64,000 nt of DNA from Glaucostegus cemiculus. Lineage: Eukaryota. This document shows, piece by piece, positions 50,515 to 62,105 of this stretch. The translations under genes and the position numbers were made by a program. The number at the start of each line of letters is the position of its first letter. The first letter of the stretch is position 1. The DNA is taken from contig CDPCPM010000010.1 of the NCBI GenBank assembly GCA_976551045.1, positions 18,042,001 to 18,106,000 of the forward strand, in the 5' to 3' direction. The notes under the pieces are model-generated. The model did no database searches, was not told the DNA's origin, and worked only from the letters and a program-made list of their open reading frames with translations.

Positions 50515-52900
50515 AAAGGAATCCCTAGGAAGTAGTCATCATAATATGATTGAGTTCAGTTTCAAATTTGAAAAGGAGAAGCTGATATCAGGTGTGTCAA
50601 TATTTCAGTGGAACAAAGGAAATTACAGTGGCATGAGAGAAGAAATGGCCCAAATTGATTGGAAAAGTAAGCTAGGTGGAGGGACAGCTGAGCAGAAATG
50701 GATGAAATTTCTACAGGAAATGAGAAAAATGCAGGATAGATATATTCCAAGAAAGAAGAAAATTATGAATAGAAAAATAGCACGTGTGGCTAACGAGAGA
50801 GGTGAAGGCCAAAGTAAAAGCTATAGGGAGGGCATACAAGGAAGCAAAAATTAGTGGGAAAACAGAAGAGTGGGAAGCTTTTAAAAACTTACAGAAAGAA
50901 ACTAAGAAAGTCATTAGGAAGGAAAAGATGAATTATGAAAGGAAGTTAGCAAGTAACATAATAAAGGATACTAGAGTTATTTTAAATATATGAAGAGTAA
51001 AAGAGAGACACTGGTAGATATAGGACTGATTGAAAACGATGCTGGAGAAATCATAATGGGTAACAAAGAGATGGCAGAGGAACTAAATGAGTATTTTGCA
51101 TCGGTCTTCACTGTGGAAGACATCAGCAGTACACCTGATCGTCAGGGGTCTCAGGGAATAGAAATGAGTACGGTCAAGATTATTAGAGAGAAGGTGCTCG
51201 GGAAGCTGAGTGGACTAAGGACAGATAAGTCTCCTGGACCAGATAAGTGCACCCTCGGGTTCTGCAGGAGGTGGCTTTAGAGATTGTGGAGGCATTGGTG
51301 ATGATTTTCCAGGAATCAATAGACTCTGGCATGGTTCTGGAGGACTAGAAGGTGACAAATGTAGTTCTGCTGTTTAAGAAAGGTGGGAGGCAGCAAAAGG
51401 GAAATTACAGACCTATTAGGCTGACATCGGTGGTTGGAAAGTTGTTGGAGTCAATCCTCAGGGATGAGGTTATGGAATACCTAGAGGTGCATGGCAAGAT
51501 AGGTCCAAGTCAGCATGGTTTCTTTAAGGGATGATCCTGCCTGACCAATCTATTGGAATTCTTTAGGGTAATCTCAAGTAGGATGGACAAGGGAGAAGCA
51601 GTGGATGTTGTATATTTGGATTTTCAAAAGGCCCTCGATAAGGTGCTGCACAGGAGGCTACTTAATAAGATGAGAGCCCATGGAATTACTGGAAATGGGC
51701 CCAAGGAAAGATATTAGAACGGGTGGAGCATTGGCTGATAGGCAGAAAGCAAAAGGTGGGAATAAAGGGATCCTGTTCTGGTTGGCTGCCAGTGGTGCTC
51801 TGCAGGGATTTGTGTTGGGGGCCGCTTCTTCTTACACCGTATATTGATAATTTAGATTGTGGAATAAATGGTTTTGTGGCTGTTTGCAGATGACAAAGGT
51901 GGAGGAGTGGGAAGTGTTGAAGAAACAGAAAGGTTGCAGAGTGACTTGGACAGTTTAGGAGAATAAGCAAAAAAATGGCAGATGAAATACAATGTTGAAA
52001 AATATGTGGTTGTACACTTTGGAAGAAGAAATAAACGGGCAGATTATTATCTAGATCTAAATTCAGAATTGCAAAGGGACTTGGGGGTCCTCGTGCAGGA
52101 TACCCCAAAGGTTAAAATCTCCGAAAGACGTACGGGTAGGTTAATTTGGGGGTTTAAAATGGGCGGCGTGGACTCAGAGGGCCGAAAGGGCCTGTTACCA
52201 CGCTGTAGATAAAAAATTTAAAAAATTTTAAAAATTAACCACCAGGTTGGGTTGGTGGTAAAAAAAGCAAATGCTATGTTGGCGTTCATTTCGAGAGGAA
52301 TAGGGTATAAAAGTAAGGATGTGTTGATGGGGCTCTATGGGGCACTGGTGAGACCTCATTTGGAGTACTGTGTGCATTCTTGGGCCCCTTATCTTAGAAA
52401 AGATGTATTGAAGTTAGAGAGGGTTCAGAGAAGATTGACGAAGACGATTCCTGGAATGAAAGGGCTGAATACGAGGAGCATTTGTCAGCTCTTGGACTGT
52501 ATTCATTGGGGTACAGAAGAATGAGAGGGGACCTCATAGAAACATTTCGAATGTTGAAAGGACTGGACAGAGTAGATGTGGCTAAGTTGTTTCCCATGGT
52601 GAGTCCAAGACTAGAGGGCACTGTCTTAGAATTAGAGAGTACCCATTTAAGACAGAGATGCAGAAAAATGTATTTAGCCAGAGGGTCATGGATTTATGGA
52701 ATTTATTGCCACATACAGCTGTGGAGGCTCGATCATTGTGGGTGTTTAAGCAGAGATTGATAGGTATCTAATTAGTCAGGGTTTCAAGGGATATGGGGGA
52801 AAGACCAGGAATTGGGGCTAGGTGGGAGAATAGTTTAGCTCATGGTGAAGTGGTGGAGCAGACTCAATGGCCTACTTCTGCTCCTTTGTCTTGTGATCTT
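50515..52900 (+). mobile_element. CR1 LINE ORF2 (post-endonuclease to 3' end), frameshifted
   Basis: LGSSHHNMIEF, KSPGPD, GNYRPIRLTSVVGKLLE, QHGF, VYLDFQKA, LVRPHLEYC; tail ctacttctgctcctttgtcttgtgatctt. Confidence 0.92.
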
Positions 52901-53034
52901 GTCCCCATTGAATCTGGGTTGATCTTCTGGCTTGTAAGTAATCGAAGAGTGAGAGAAATGCCAGGCAATGATTTTACACATTGTGATAGCCTGTGCTTCT
53001 GATCTGCTGATTGTCCACAGCACCTTCCGTATAC

Positions 53035-53145
53035 TGCTATACTGTTTATTTCCCTCCACAGATGCTGTCTGACCTGCTGAGTTCCTCCAGCATTTTGTGT
53101 GTGTGTGTTGCTCCAGATTCCAGCATCTGCGGAATCTCGTGTCAC
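53035..53145 (+). repeat. Penelope-like terminal repeat fragment
   Basis: acagatgctgtctgacctgctgagttcctccagcattttgtgtgtg...ccagcatctgc. Confidence 0.65.
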
Positions 53146-53299
53146 CATGATCGAGGCCGTTTCTCTTAATTTAGAAAGAAAAGTAAAATTGTCCAGCTGC
53201 AAGGGAAGAAGTCGAATGCAACCCCTGACCCTGTGTACATCTTCTTGCTCCTCCGTGTTAGTTTTTATTGGTGCTTCTTTATGTTCCGATTTCCTCCTA

Positions 53300-54130
53300 G
53301 AGGACGAAAACCCCTCCCGGGCTGCCCGGAGCTTTCCACCAGCAGCGGGCTGTGAGCAGATCCACCGCACACCGCTAGCAGGTGGCGCTGAAGGAAGGGC
53401 GGCCGAGCGGGTGTGACCAGGGCTCTCCCCCGGATTCGCCGTGAGCTGAGCGGGGCGGGTCCACGGACTCCGAGCGGGGCCTGAAAGCCGCTGGTCAGTG
53501 CCGCGGGGTAAGTAAGGGCGGTATGTTTAACGTGAGCGGGTAGGGGCAGCCCCACCGGCGCTCGCATGCTTCACTGTGGAGAGCTGCCAATCAACTCGCA
53601 TTTGGCATAACAGGAGTGGGTTTGGCCGGGGGGAGGCTGCTGCAGGGGCTCATTGGCAGGGTTTGGTATTGCCCCGTCCCCTCCACTATTGCAAGTCTTT
53701 TGCGGGGCTGGAAACAGAGCTTGGAACTGCAGGGAGTCGTGGAGCGTAGCCTGAGTTCTCAGTCCGTTTCACCGCACTGCTGCAAACAACAAAGCAGAGT
53801 CGGTGGCAATGCTGTGTCGTGGGGAAGTGACGGGACGTGACTAAATGCGCATGTGTTCATTGCAAATTGTTTTTGCTTTTTCCGGCAGGGTTTTACGAGA
53901 CTCCGGTCAAAATTACCAAATAACATATAAATACCGAGGTACTGGTGATTCGGGATTCCCTAAGATTGTAAAGTAATTGTGGCCTTTTGCAGAAATAACA
54001 GTCACGCTGCAGAGGCGCGAGTTTTTATACTTATTCTAAGCCTTCTTGAGTGAAATCTCGTATTTGCAATTGTTCTGGACGTGTGACGGAAATCGACGCA
54101 GAAATGGGCCCTTCAGCGCTTTGAGTTCAC
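53300..54130 (+). promoter_or_regulatory. CpG island; probable TIFA promoter and non-coding exon 1 (donor GGG/GTAAGT, intron starts at 53508)
   Basis: The only non-repeat CpG-rich stretch in the window. Contains GC box GGGGCGGG, ETS GGAAGTG (53823), NRF1-like TGCGCATGTG (53846), kB-like sites and a strong donor, about 6.7 kb upstream of the TIFA coding-exon acceptor. Confidence 0.75.
53372..53390 (+). promoter_or_regulatory. CTCF-like motif
   Basis: CCGCTAGCAGGTGGCGCTG matches the CCASYAGRKGGCRS core with one mismatch. Confidence 0.5.
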
Positions 54131-55760
54131 GCTGCCCATCAAACATTAACCCCATTTCATCATTCTTCCCCCACATCCCGCCCCTGCCCAGATTCTAGCA
54201 ACTACCTACACCTGAGGGGTGATTTAGAATGGCCATTTAAACTACCAGACCGCATGTCTTGGAAATGTGGGAGGAAACCCGCGCAGTCAGAGGGAGAAAG
54301 TGCACCCAGGGGTCAGGATGATTGGATCATAGGGTGCAGCATGGAAACAGGCCCTTTGGCCCAACCGGTCCATGCTGTCCAAGATTCCCATCTAAGCAAG
54401 ACCCATTTGCTGGTGTTTGGCCCATATCCCTCTAAATCTTTCTTATCCATGTACATGTCCAAGTACCTTTTACACATTGTTAATGAACCTGCATTGACTA
54501 CTTCCTCTGGCAGCTCCTTCCATATACTGACCACCCACTGTGTGAAAAAGTTGCCCCACAGGTTCCTATTAGAACATAGAACATAGAACAATACAGCACA
54601 GAACAGGCCCTTCGGCCCATCAAGCTGTGCCATCCTACAAACATCTCCCAAACTAACTCTTTCCACCCTCATATCCTACTATTCCACATTCTTCCATGTG
54701 CTTATCTAACAATCTCTTAAACCTGTCCAACGTATCTGCCTCCACTACCACCCCAGGCAGTGCATTCCATGCACCAACCACTCTCTGGGTGAAAAACTTC
54801 CCTCTGACATCTCCCCTATACTTTCCACCAATTATCTTAAAGGCATGCCCTCTCGTCTTTAGCATCTGCGCTCTGGGAAAGAGGCGCTGACTATTAAATC
54901 TGTTCCCTCTCACCTTAAACCTATGCCTTCTAGTTCTTGCTTCACCAACCCTGGGAAAAAGACTGTGTGCATTCACCCTATCTACACCCGTCATGATTTG
55001 GTACACCTCGACAAGATCACCCCTCATTCTCTTACACCCCAATGAAAAAAAAGCCCCAACATGCTTAGCCTATCTCCATAACACAGTTCTGCAAGTCCTG
55101 ACAACATCCTCAAATCTCCTCTGCACTTCTTCCAGCTTAATAGCATCTTTCCTATTAGCAGGGTGATCAAAGCTGAACACAATATTACAAATGTGGCCTC
55201 ACCAACATCTGGTACAACTGCAACGTAACATCCCCAATACTATACTCAATGCCCTGAATGATGAAGGGCAGCATGTTAAAAGCCGCCTTCACCCTGTCTG
55301 TCTGCGATGCTGCTTTCAGGGAATTATGTATTTGTTCTCCTAAGTCCATCTGTTCTACAAAAGTCCCCAACCTACCAGTCACTGTGGAAGTCCTATCCTC
55401 ATTTGTCTTCCCAAATTGTAACACTTTGCACTTATCCGAATTAAACTCCATTTGCCATACCTCAGCCCACTTACCCAGCTGATCAAGATCCTTCTGTAAA
55501 TCCTGATAACCATCTTCACTGTCAACGACGCCACCTATTTTAGCATCATCTGCAAATTTACTAACCATGCCTTATACATTCTCATCCAAATCAATGATAT
55601 AAATGACAAATTGCATTGGGGAACACCATTAGTCACAGGCCTCCAGTTTGAAACAACTTCCACCATCATTGTCTGCTTTCTAATGTTAAGCTAATTCTGT
55701 ATCCAACCTGATTTCTGGTGCTGTGAGGCAGGGGCTCCACTGGTTGTGCCACTGCTGCCC
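54090..55760 (-). mobile_element. Nested stack: V-SINE (54090-54320 and 55705-55760) containing an older CR1 (54325-55705) containing a young CR1 (54572-54890)
   Basis: SINE halves flank CR1 ORFs 55185-55568 (KFADDAK) and 54313-54672; the inner copy is flanked by CTATTA at 54566-54571 and 54891-54896. Confidence 0.85.
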
Positions 55761-56554
55761 AGTTCAGTTTTGAGGAATAGTTACCTGAATAAGGATGTTA
55801 TTGCTTATGAAACATTGCACTTCCTTCCATAAATCACACTGTTGCCACAGATCAAGTTGCACCCAGCTGTACTTTGATTCTTTCAACTCCCATCAAACTT
55901 GCAATGTCCATCTGTGCAGATGACTAGTATGTTTAGAGACAGCTTGCATTTCAGAATGCATGTTTAATTCCTTACATTGGATTATATAAATGGAATTTGG
56001 TATCTCAGTGATTAGTGCAGCCTCAAGTCTGACTTGATTATAGAATCAGTGGGATGAGTATTAATTAACATTGGATAGATTTAGTGACATCATCATAAAG
56101 GAAGATTCACAAAGGATAAATATAAACCCTGTAATGAATACCTTTGAATTGCTGTAACCTAGTATTTCATAGAGAACTGAATAAGTTGATCATGTAAAAA
56201 GGAGGCAAAATTCTGTTCATCACACAAGTATATTTTTATTTGAATATAATCTGCTATTCTGACCACTCTTTAAAAAAAATGATGTTTTTGCCTATATCAT
56301 GGTGAGACAATTGCTAATAATAGCATTTCAGGTAGAACTTCTAATTCCCAATTCATTGAAATATAATTAACTAAGATAAGTAGAAATTGGCAATATTTTT
56401 CCCTTTGCAGTTAAGATATCTGAGGTGAGATTTCCTTATCTAATCTTGAACTGCTTCCTTGCTGCCTGTTCCTGTAATTTATTCTTCACACGCTATCATG
56501 TTAGGTGATCTGTCAATATCCAGTCAGATTAGATATCTCAATACTAATTAGTCG

Positions 56555-57497
56555 TAGAGTCATACAGCACAGAAACAGGCCCTTCAGTGCAAATTGTCCA
56601 TGCTGATCAAGTTGCCTACCTGATCTAGTCCCATTTGCCTGTGTTTGGCCCATTACCCTCTAAACATTTCCTATTCAAATACCCTTTAAATGTTGTAACT
56701 GTACCTGCCTCTACCACTCCCTCTGGCAGCTCGTTCCACATACCCACTAACCTCCGTATAGAAAAAGTTGCCCTTCAGGCCCCTTTAAATTTTTCTCCTC
56801 TCACCTTAAATCTATGTCCTCCAGTTTTAGACTCCCCTAGAGTGTGACCGTTCACCTTATCTATGAAGGTAATAAGGTGATTTTAATTTCTTACCTTGAT
56901 TTTATATACCGCTATAAGGTCACCCCTCAGCCTCCTATGCTCCAGGGAAAAAAGCCCCAGTCTGTTCAGTCTCTATGTATAATTCAAGACCTCCAGTTCT
57001 GGCAACATCCTTGTGAATCCCTTCTGCACTCTTTCCACCTAAATGACATTCTTCTTATAGCTCGGTGACCAGAAATGCACACAGTACTTGAAGTGTAGTT
57101 TCACCAATGTTTCGTATTATTGCAATATGACGTCCAAATTCTTGTACTCAGTGCCCTATCTGATGAAGGCAAGCGTGCCAGACACCTTCTTCACCACCCT
57201 GTCTATCTGTGTCATTACTTTCAGGGAACTATGTACTTGTATCCCCTAGGCCTCTGTGTTCTACAATGTTCTCCAGGATTCTGCCATTAACTGTGTATGT
57301 CCTGCCCTGGTTTAACTTACCAAAGTGCAATTCTTCGCACTTGCCTGAGTTAAGTTCCATCTGCCATTCCTTGACCCACTTTCCCTGTTGTTCCAGATCC
57401 TGTTGTACTCTAAAGTAATCTTCTTCACTGTCAACTATACCACCGACTTGGGTATCATCTGCAAACTTACTAATTGTTGGTGTCATCTGCAAACTTA
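56555..57497 (-). mobile_element. CR1 3' fragment
   Basis: ISKFADDTQVGGIVDSEED...WQMELN in ORF 57229-57492 plus a CR1 tail. Confidence 0.88.
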
Positions 57498-57934
57498 TTA
57501 TATCCTGCTGAATAATTCTGCAGCAAAAGATTTAACCAAATGAAGGGGCTAGTTCAATCTACAATGTTCACCACTAGCTTGTTTCAGTCTTTGTTCTACT
57601 TCAGCTGTTTTGATGTGATTCCACAGTAAATATTCAGTTTGCTTTTTCCTTGTTTGTAGTCAGTTAAGGCGTAAATTACCAAGCACTGGGATCAGGTCAT
57701 ACAGTTCCTGAAAAACATTGAAGGAAATATACTGTGTGCTATTGTACTGAACTATTTTTAAAAAAACAGTAAGATCCTGGTTGGTGTTGATTTGGCAAGC
57801 TCAACCAAATACAGATGGGACAATACAATTCAGTTATGGAAGAGGAGAAATGGTTCTGATTCCCACTGTTTACCATTGTCCTTCTAATCTCTGATGGAAA
57901 ACGTGTGATGGGATAATGGTCAAGGACAGGATTA

Positions 57935-58315
57935 GAGTGGCACAGTAGTGTAGCAGTAGTTTAGTTCCCTGAAAGTGGCCACACAGGTGGTTAGGGTGGC
58001 GAAGAAGGCACAATAGTGTAACAGTTAGTGTAACGCAATTACAGCGCCAGCGACCCGGGTTCAATTCCTGCTGCTGTCTGTAAGGAATTTGTACGTTCTC
58101 CTCATGTGACTGCGTGGGTTTCCTCTGGGTGCTCTGGTTTCCTCCACATTCCAAAGACCTACAGATTAGGAGCTGTGGGTGGGCTACGTTGGCGCCAGAA
58201 GAGTGGCGACACTTGCGGGCTGCCCTCAGCACATTCTCAGGAATCAAAAAGACGCATTTCACTGTGTATTTCGATGTACATGTGACTAATAAATACATAA
58301 TTTAAATATCTTATT
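57935..58315 (+). mobile_element. V-SINE (58006-58315) preceded by a SINE-head stub and a ~45-nt CR1 piece
   Basis: gtggcacagtagtgtagcag, then tagttccctgaaagtggccacacaggtggttagggtggcgaagaaggca, then a full SINE. Confidence 0.85.
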
Positions 58316-58971
58316 TTAGTGACAATCTCTGATATCCAAATGATTAAAGTTGCAAATGCTTCAGAATGATTCACCAGAAGGATCTGCTCTCAAATGAACC
58401 CTGATTATTGTATATTGGAATAAGCAGCCCAATTTATTTTTAGAAACAAAGTAATTTTGCACTACATATCCGATTGAAATTGGAAAGAACATTTCATAAC
58501 ACAGTTGTTTAAAATTCTTTTCATGCAGAGCCTGCAGAAGTAAAGCAGATCAGGATATTCACACTTTGTTTCCAAAGGTGCTTGTCTTACTTAATTCATG
58601 AACATAAAAAAATATATTTTGCATTTAGTTGTGTCACTTCTTATTACAGTTATTTTTAGTAAAGCATTCAAGTAATGTGGCAAACATTACATAATTTTCT
58701 AATTTTATGATTATTCTCAGTGGGATGTTATATAAGTTTAGTAGTACATGAAACCAATATCCTAACTGCTATGAAAAACCAAAATTATAAAAGATCTAAA
58801 TTTGTCTTTATTTGATAAATGGTTGCTTGGGAACAACCCCTAAATCTTTATCCTAGAGAATCGTTTTTACTAAAAAAAAATTATTTTACAATCTAGGAGG
58901 TCCCTTGCAATCTACATGTCAGACTCCTAAAGAGCCATTCAGCTGGGATCAACTGTTGCCTAACATTTCAG

Positions 58972-59980
58972 ACTATAGAACAGTACAGCACTGGACAGGC
59001 CATTTGGCCTATGTTGTTGTGCCAATCTTGATACCAATATATACGAAATGTCCTCCTCCAGTGTATAATCCATATCCCTCCATTCTCTTCATATTCTTGT
59101 GTCCGTCTAAAGGCCTCTTAAATGCCACCAAACTGCCTGGTTCCACTACTATCCCTGGTAACCCATTCCAGGCACCTATCACATTCTGCGTCAACAGAAA
59201 CCTTGCCTTTAAACATGCCACCTCTAACCTTAAAAGCATGTCCTCCTGGGGACATTTCTATCCTGGGGAATAGATATGTCTACCCTATCTATGCCTCTCA
59301 TAATTTTAAAAACCTCTATCAGGTCTCCCCTCAGCCTCCAATGCTTTAGGGAGAACAAGCCAGGTTTGTCCAACCTGTCCTTATAGCTCATACCCTCTAA
59401 TCTAGAGAGCTTCCTGGTAGACCTCTTCTGCACCCTTTCCATCAGGTAGAAGATACAGGAGTCTGAGGGCACGTACCACCAGGCTCAAGGACAGCTTCTA
59501 CCCCACTGTGACAAGACTATTGAACGGTTCCCTTATATGATGAGATGGACTCTGACCTCACGATCTATCTTGTTCTGACCTTGCACCTTATTGCACAGCA
59601 CTTTCTTTGTAACTGTTACACTTCACTCTGTACTGTTATTGTTTTTACCTGAACTACCTCAATGCACTCTGTACTAACTCATTGTAACTGTACTGTGTAA
59701 TGAATTAGCCTGTATGATCGGAATGCAAGACAAGTTTTTCACTGTACCTCGGTACAAATGACAATAATAAACCAATACCAATAGCATAGTCCACATCTTT
59801 ACGATAACGTGATGACCAGAACTGCACACAATATTGGAAGTGTGGTCTGACTAGAATTTTATATAGCTTCAGCATGACTTCCTTTCTCTTATACTTAACA
59901 CCCCTACCAATGAAGACAAGCATTCCGTATGCATCTTTTACCATTTTATCCACTTGCTTAGCCACTTTCAGTGAACTTTT
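58972..59980 (-). mobile_element. CR1 3' fragment with nested Rex1/Babar 3' end (+, ~59441-59781)
   Basis: ORFs 59705-60103, 59230-59472 and 59009-59239 are CR1 C-terminal; the insert runs from atcaggtagaagatacaggag to tgacaataataaaccaatacca. Confidence 0.85.
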
Positions 59981-60253
59981 GCCCCAAAGATTCCAGCAAG
60001 CACCTGTGTAAAATCTGTGAGAGGGTTTGAACATGGGAGAACCATGGTTAAAATTTAAGGTGTTAAATTTAAGATGCCAGTTGAACATTGTATTAGAATA
60101 CATGGTTATTCTCTTAAAGCAGTTAGAAAAAATATATCAAGGTAACCAGAGGAATTAGTTGATTTCCCAACAAATATTTTGTCTGTAGGTTTATGGAGGC
60201 CTGGGATTGCATACTAACATTCTTCAACTAGTCCAATAGGAATACCATTGAAA

Positions 60254-60817
60254 ATGGACAGCGTCAGTGACAATCTCACGCAGGAAAATGTGCCATGTCT
60301 TTTCATCAGTGTCTACCATCCAGAAGAAAAGGAAGAAGACGTTTTCACCTTTATCAAATTCAATGAACCACAGACATATGAAGCTCATGAGGTAGTGACC
60401 TTTGGGAGGAAGAACACTTGCAACATCCAGCTAAACCACGGAAGAGCATCCAGGTTGCAGTTTCAGATTGAAGCTTTTCTCACGGCTGACAGTTCAGAAC
60501 TTCAATTTGAAATCAAAAACCTGAGCAACAGATTTACCCTCTCAATTGATGGTCATAAGCTAAGCTACCTACAAAAACAGCTCCTGCCAGAGAAATCTGT
60601 AATCCAGTTTACTGACTTCCAGTTTTATCTGGAACAAGAAGGAGGTGATTCAGTGTCCAAATTTGAAGTTGTGATTAAGGAGGGCGCCCCTTCACATTGC
60701 TTGGCGACAAATGCCAGATATCATTCTCAGATCGAAACGTCCTTTCCTAATTGTCAGCATGATCCAAGGGAACCAATAGAAATTGATGAAGATCTTGACC
60801 AATACATGCTTTCATAA
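60254..60817 (+). CDS. TIFA: TRAF-interacting protein with FHA domain (TIFA), single coding exon, 187 aa
   Basis: ORF MDSVSDNLTQENVPCLFISVYHP...EVVTFGR...ASRLQF...FEIKNLS...LSYLQK...EPIEIDE is colinear with human TIFA (T9, CL..VYHP, EVVKFGR, VSRVQF, FEIKNMS, C-terminal PTEMDE TRAF6 motif). The ATG at 60254 (aaaATGG) puts Thr at position 9. Splice acceptor tttgtctgtag at 60188; AATAAA at 61310-61315. Confidence 0.93.
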   Translation: MDSVSDNLTQENVPCLFISVYHPEEKEEDVFTFIKFNEPQTYEAHEVVTFGRKNTCNIQLNHGRASRLQFQIEAFLTADSSELQFEIKNLSNRFTLSIDGHKLSYLQKQLLPEKSVIQFTDFQFYLEQEGGDSVSKFEVVIKEGAPSHCLATNARYHSQIETSFPNCQHDPREPIEIDEDLDQYMLS

Positions 60818-61309
60818 CAGGATACAATATTTTTAGATATTAAGACAGATATCTTTATTTTTGCCCTCCCTACCAGGCATTGCAAAGGAATGTTCCAAAA
60901 CTCCATGAAACAAAGTTGTATGCAAAAACTTGCATGATGTAGCTTAATATGAAAGAGCTAGTCTGAAGTAAACAATGTGGATACAATTAAGGTCATGGTA
61001 ATATCTAAAGCCTTACAGGGTTACTGTGAATTTTATAAGGTAGTATGTATACCTCTTGAACTAAGCAAGTACTTTCATATTTGCTAAAGAGGTAAATGTA
61101 GAATCTTAATGTGTAAAAGGTCATAAATGCCATTGTATTAAACATTGATCTAATATTGTTCTGCCATTTATGTACTTACATTTACAATAATTTTAGTTCA
61201 CATATGTAGTCTTTTCAATAGATTTTCCCCTATGCTTGCCTGTTTGGTCTTTTAATGTTGCAATATATATTTTTTTCTTTTCATTTCCATCAAACTTTTT
61301 ATAAAGTTA

Positions 61310-61315
61310 AATAAA
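61310..61315 (+). terminator. Probable TIFA polyadenylation signal
   Basis: AATAAA about 490 nt after the stop codon in AT-rich UTR-like sequence. Confidence 0.45.
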
Positions 61316-61994
61316 GCAAGACAATACATATTAGAGGCAATGTTCACTAAATGGTACACTATTCTGATTAAGCAACCTGTTTTGAGTACTGTGTTCTGTT
61401 CTAATCATGAAAACATGTGGGAGAGAATCAAGCAGTGGAGAAAGATGTACGAACAGGCATAAGATTAATAGAGGAATTTGGGCTACTCATTTGTTTTTTG
61501 TTTGTATAGTATAAAATGATTAGGAAAATTATTTCAATTTTTTAAAGTAAGATATATAGCTCGAATAGAAGCTGCCTAATTCCCATTGATATTAAGGAAT
61601 TCAAAGTTTGAGTGGTTCCTTTAACAGGCCCAATTTTACCAGTGTTACACCAGGTTATGAGCTGAAAATCTATCCCATTATTTTTAGAATCTAGGTTACA
61701 TCATCTCGTTTGATATAACCTGGAAACAAGTCATCCCTTTCAACCAAAATTTTCCACAGGTTGGCCTGGAGACTTAAATTCAAGTGATGTCTTTGAATTT
61801 ACCCAGAACTTTAGAGTAATTATAAGTATAAAAGTGCAGATAAACTCTATAAATAGTAAAAACACAATCATATTCACTACAGGAAGACTTTAAACATTAA
61901 GCTTTAATCACATAGTGATAATATAAATACATATATTCACACTTCAACAAAACTTCAGCAGCCTCCCAAGTTTCTTCAGTTCTTAACCTCTGTT

Positions 61995-62105
61995 TGTCCT
62001 TTCCAAAATTTAAAAGACATTTGGACAGGTACTTAGATAGGAAAGGCATAGAGGGAAATGGGCCTAATTGCAGGTAAATGAGATTAACGTTGATAGGCAT
62101 CATGC
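61995..62105 (+). mobile_element. CR1 3' UTR fragment
   Basis: atttaaaagacatttggacaggtacttagataggaaagg...gggcctaa. Confidence 0.7.

Noticed and set aside
60248-60253. TTG start given by the ORF track for TIFA
   Set aside because: In a eukaryotic gene the ATG at 60254 has good Kozak context and restores Thr9 numbering.
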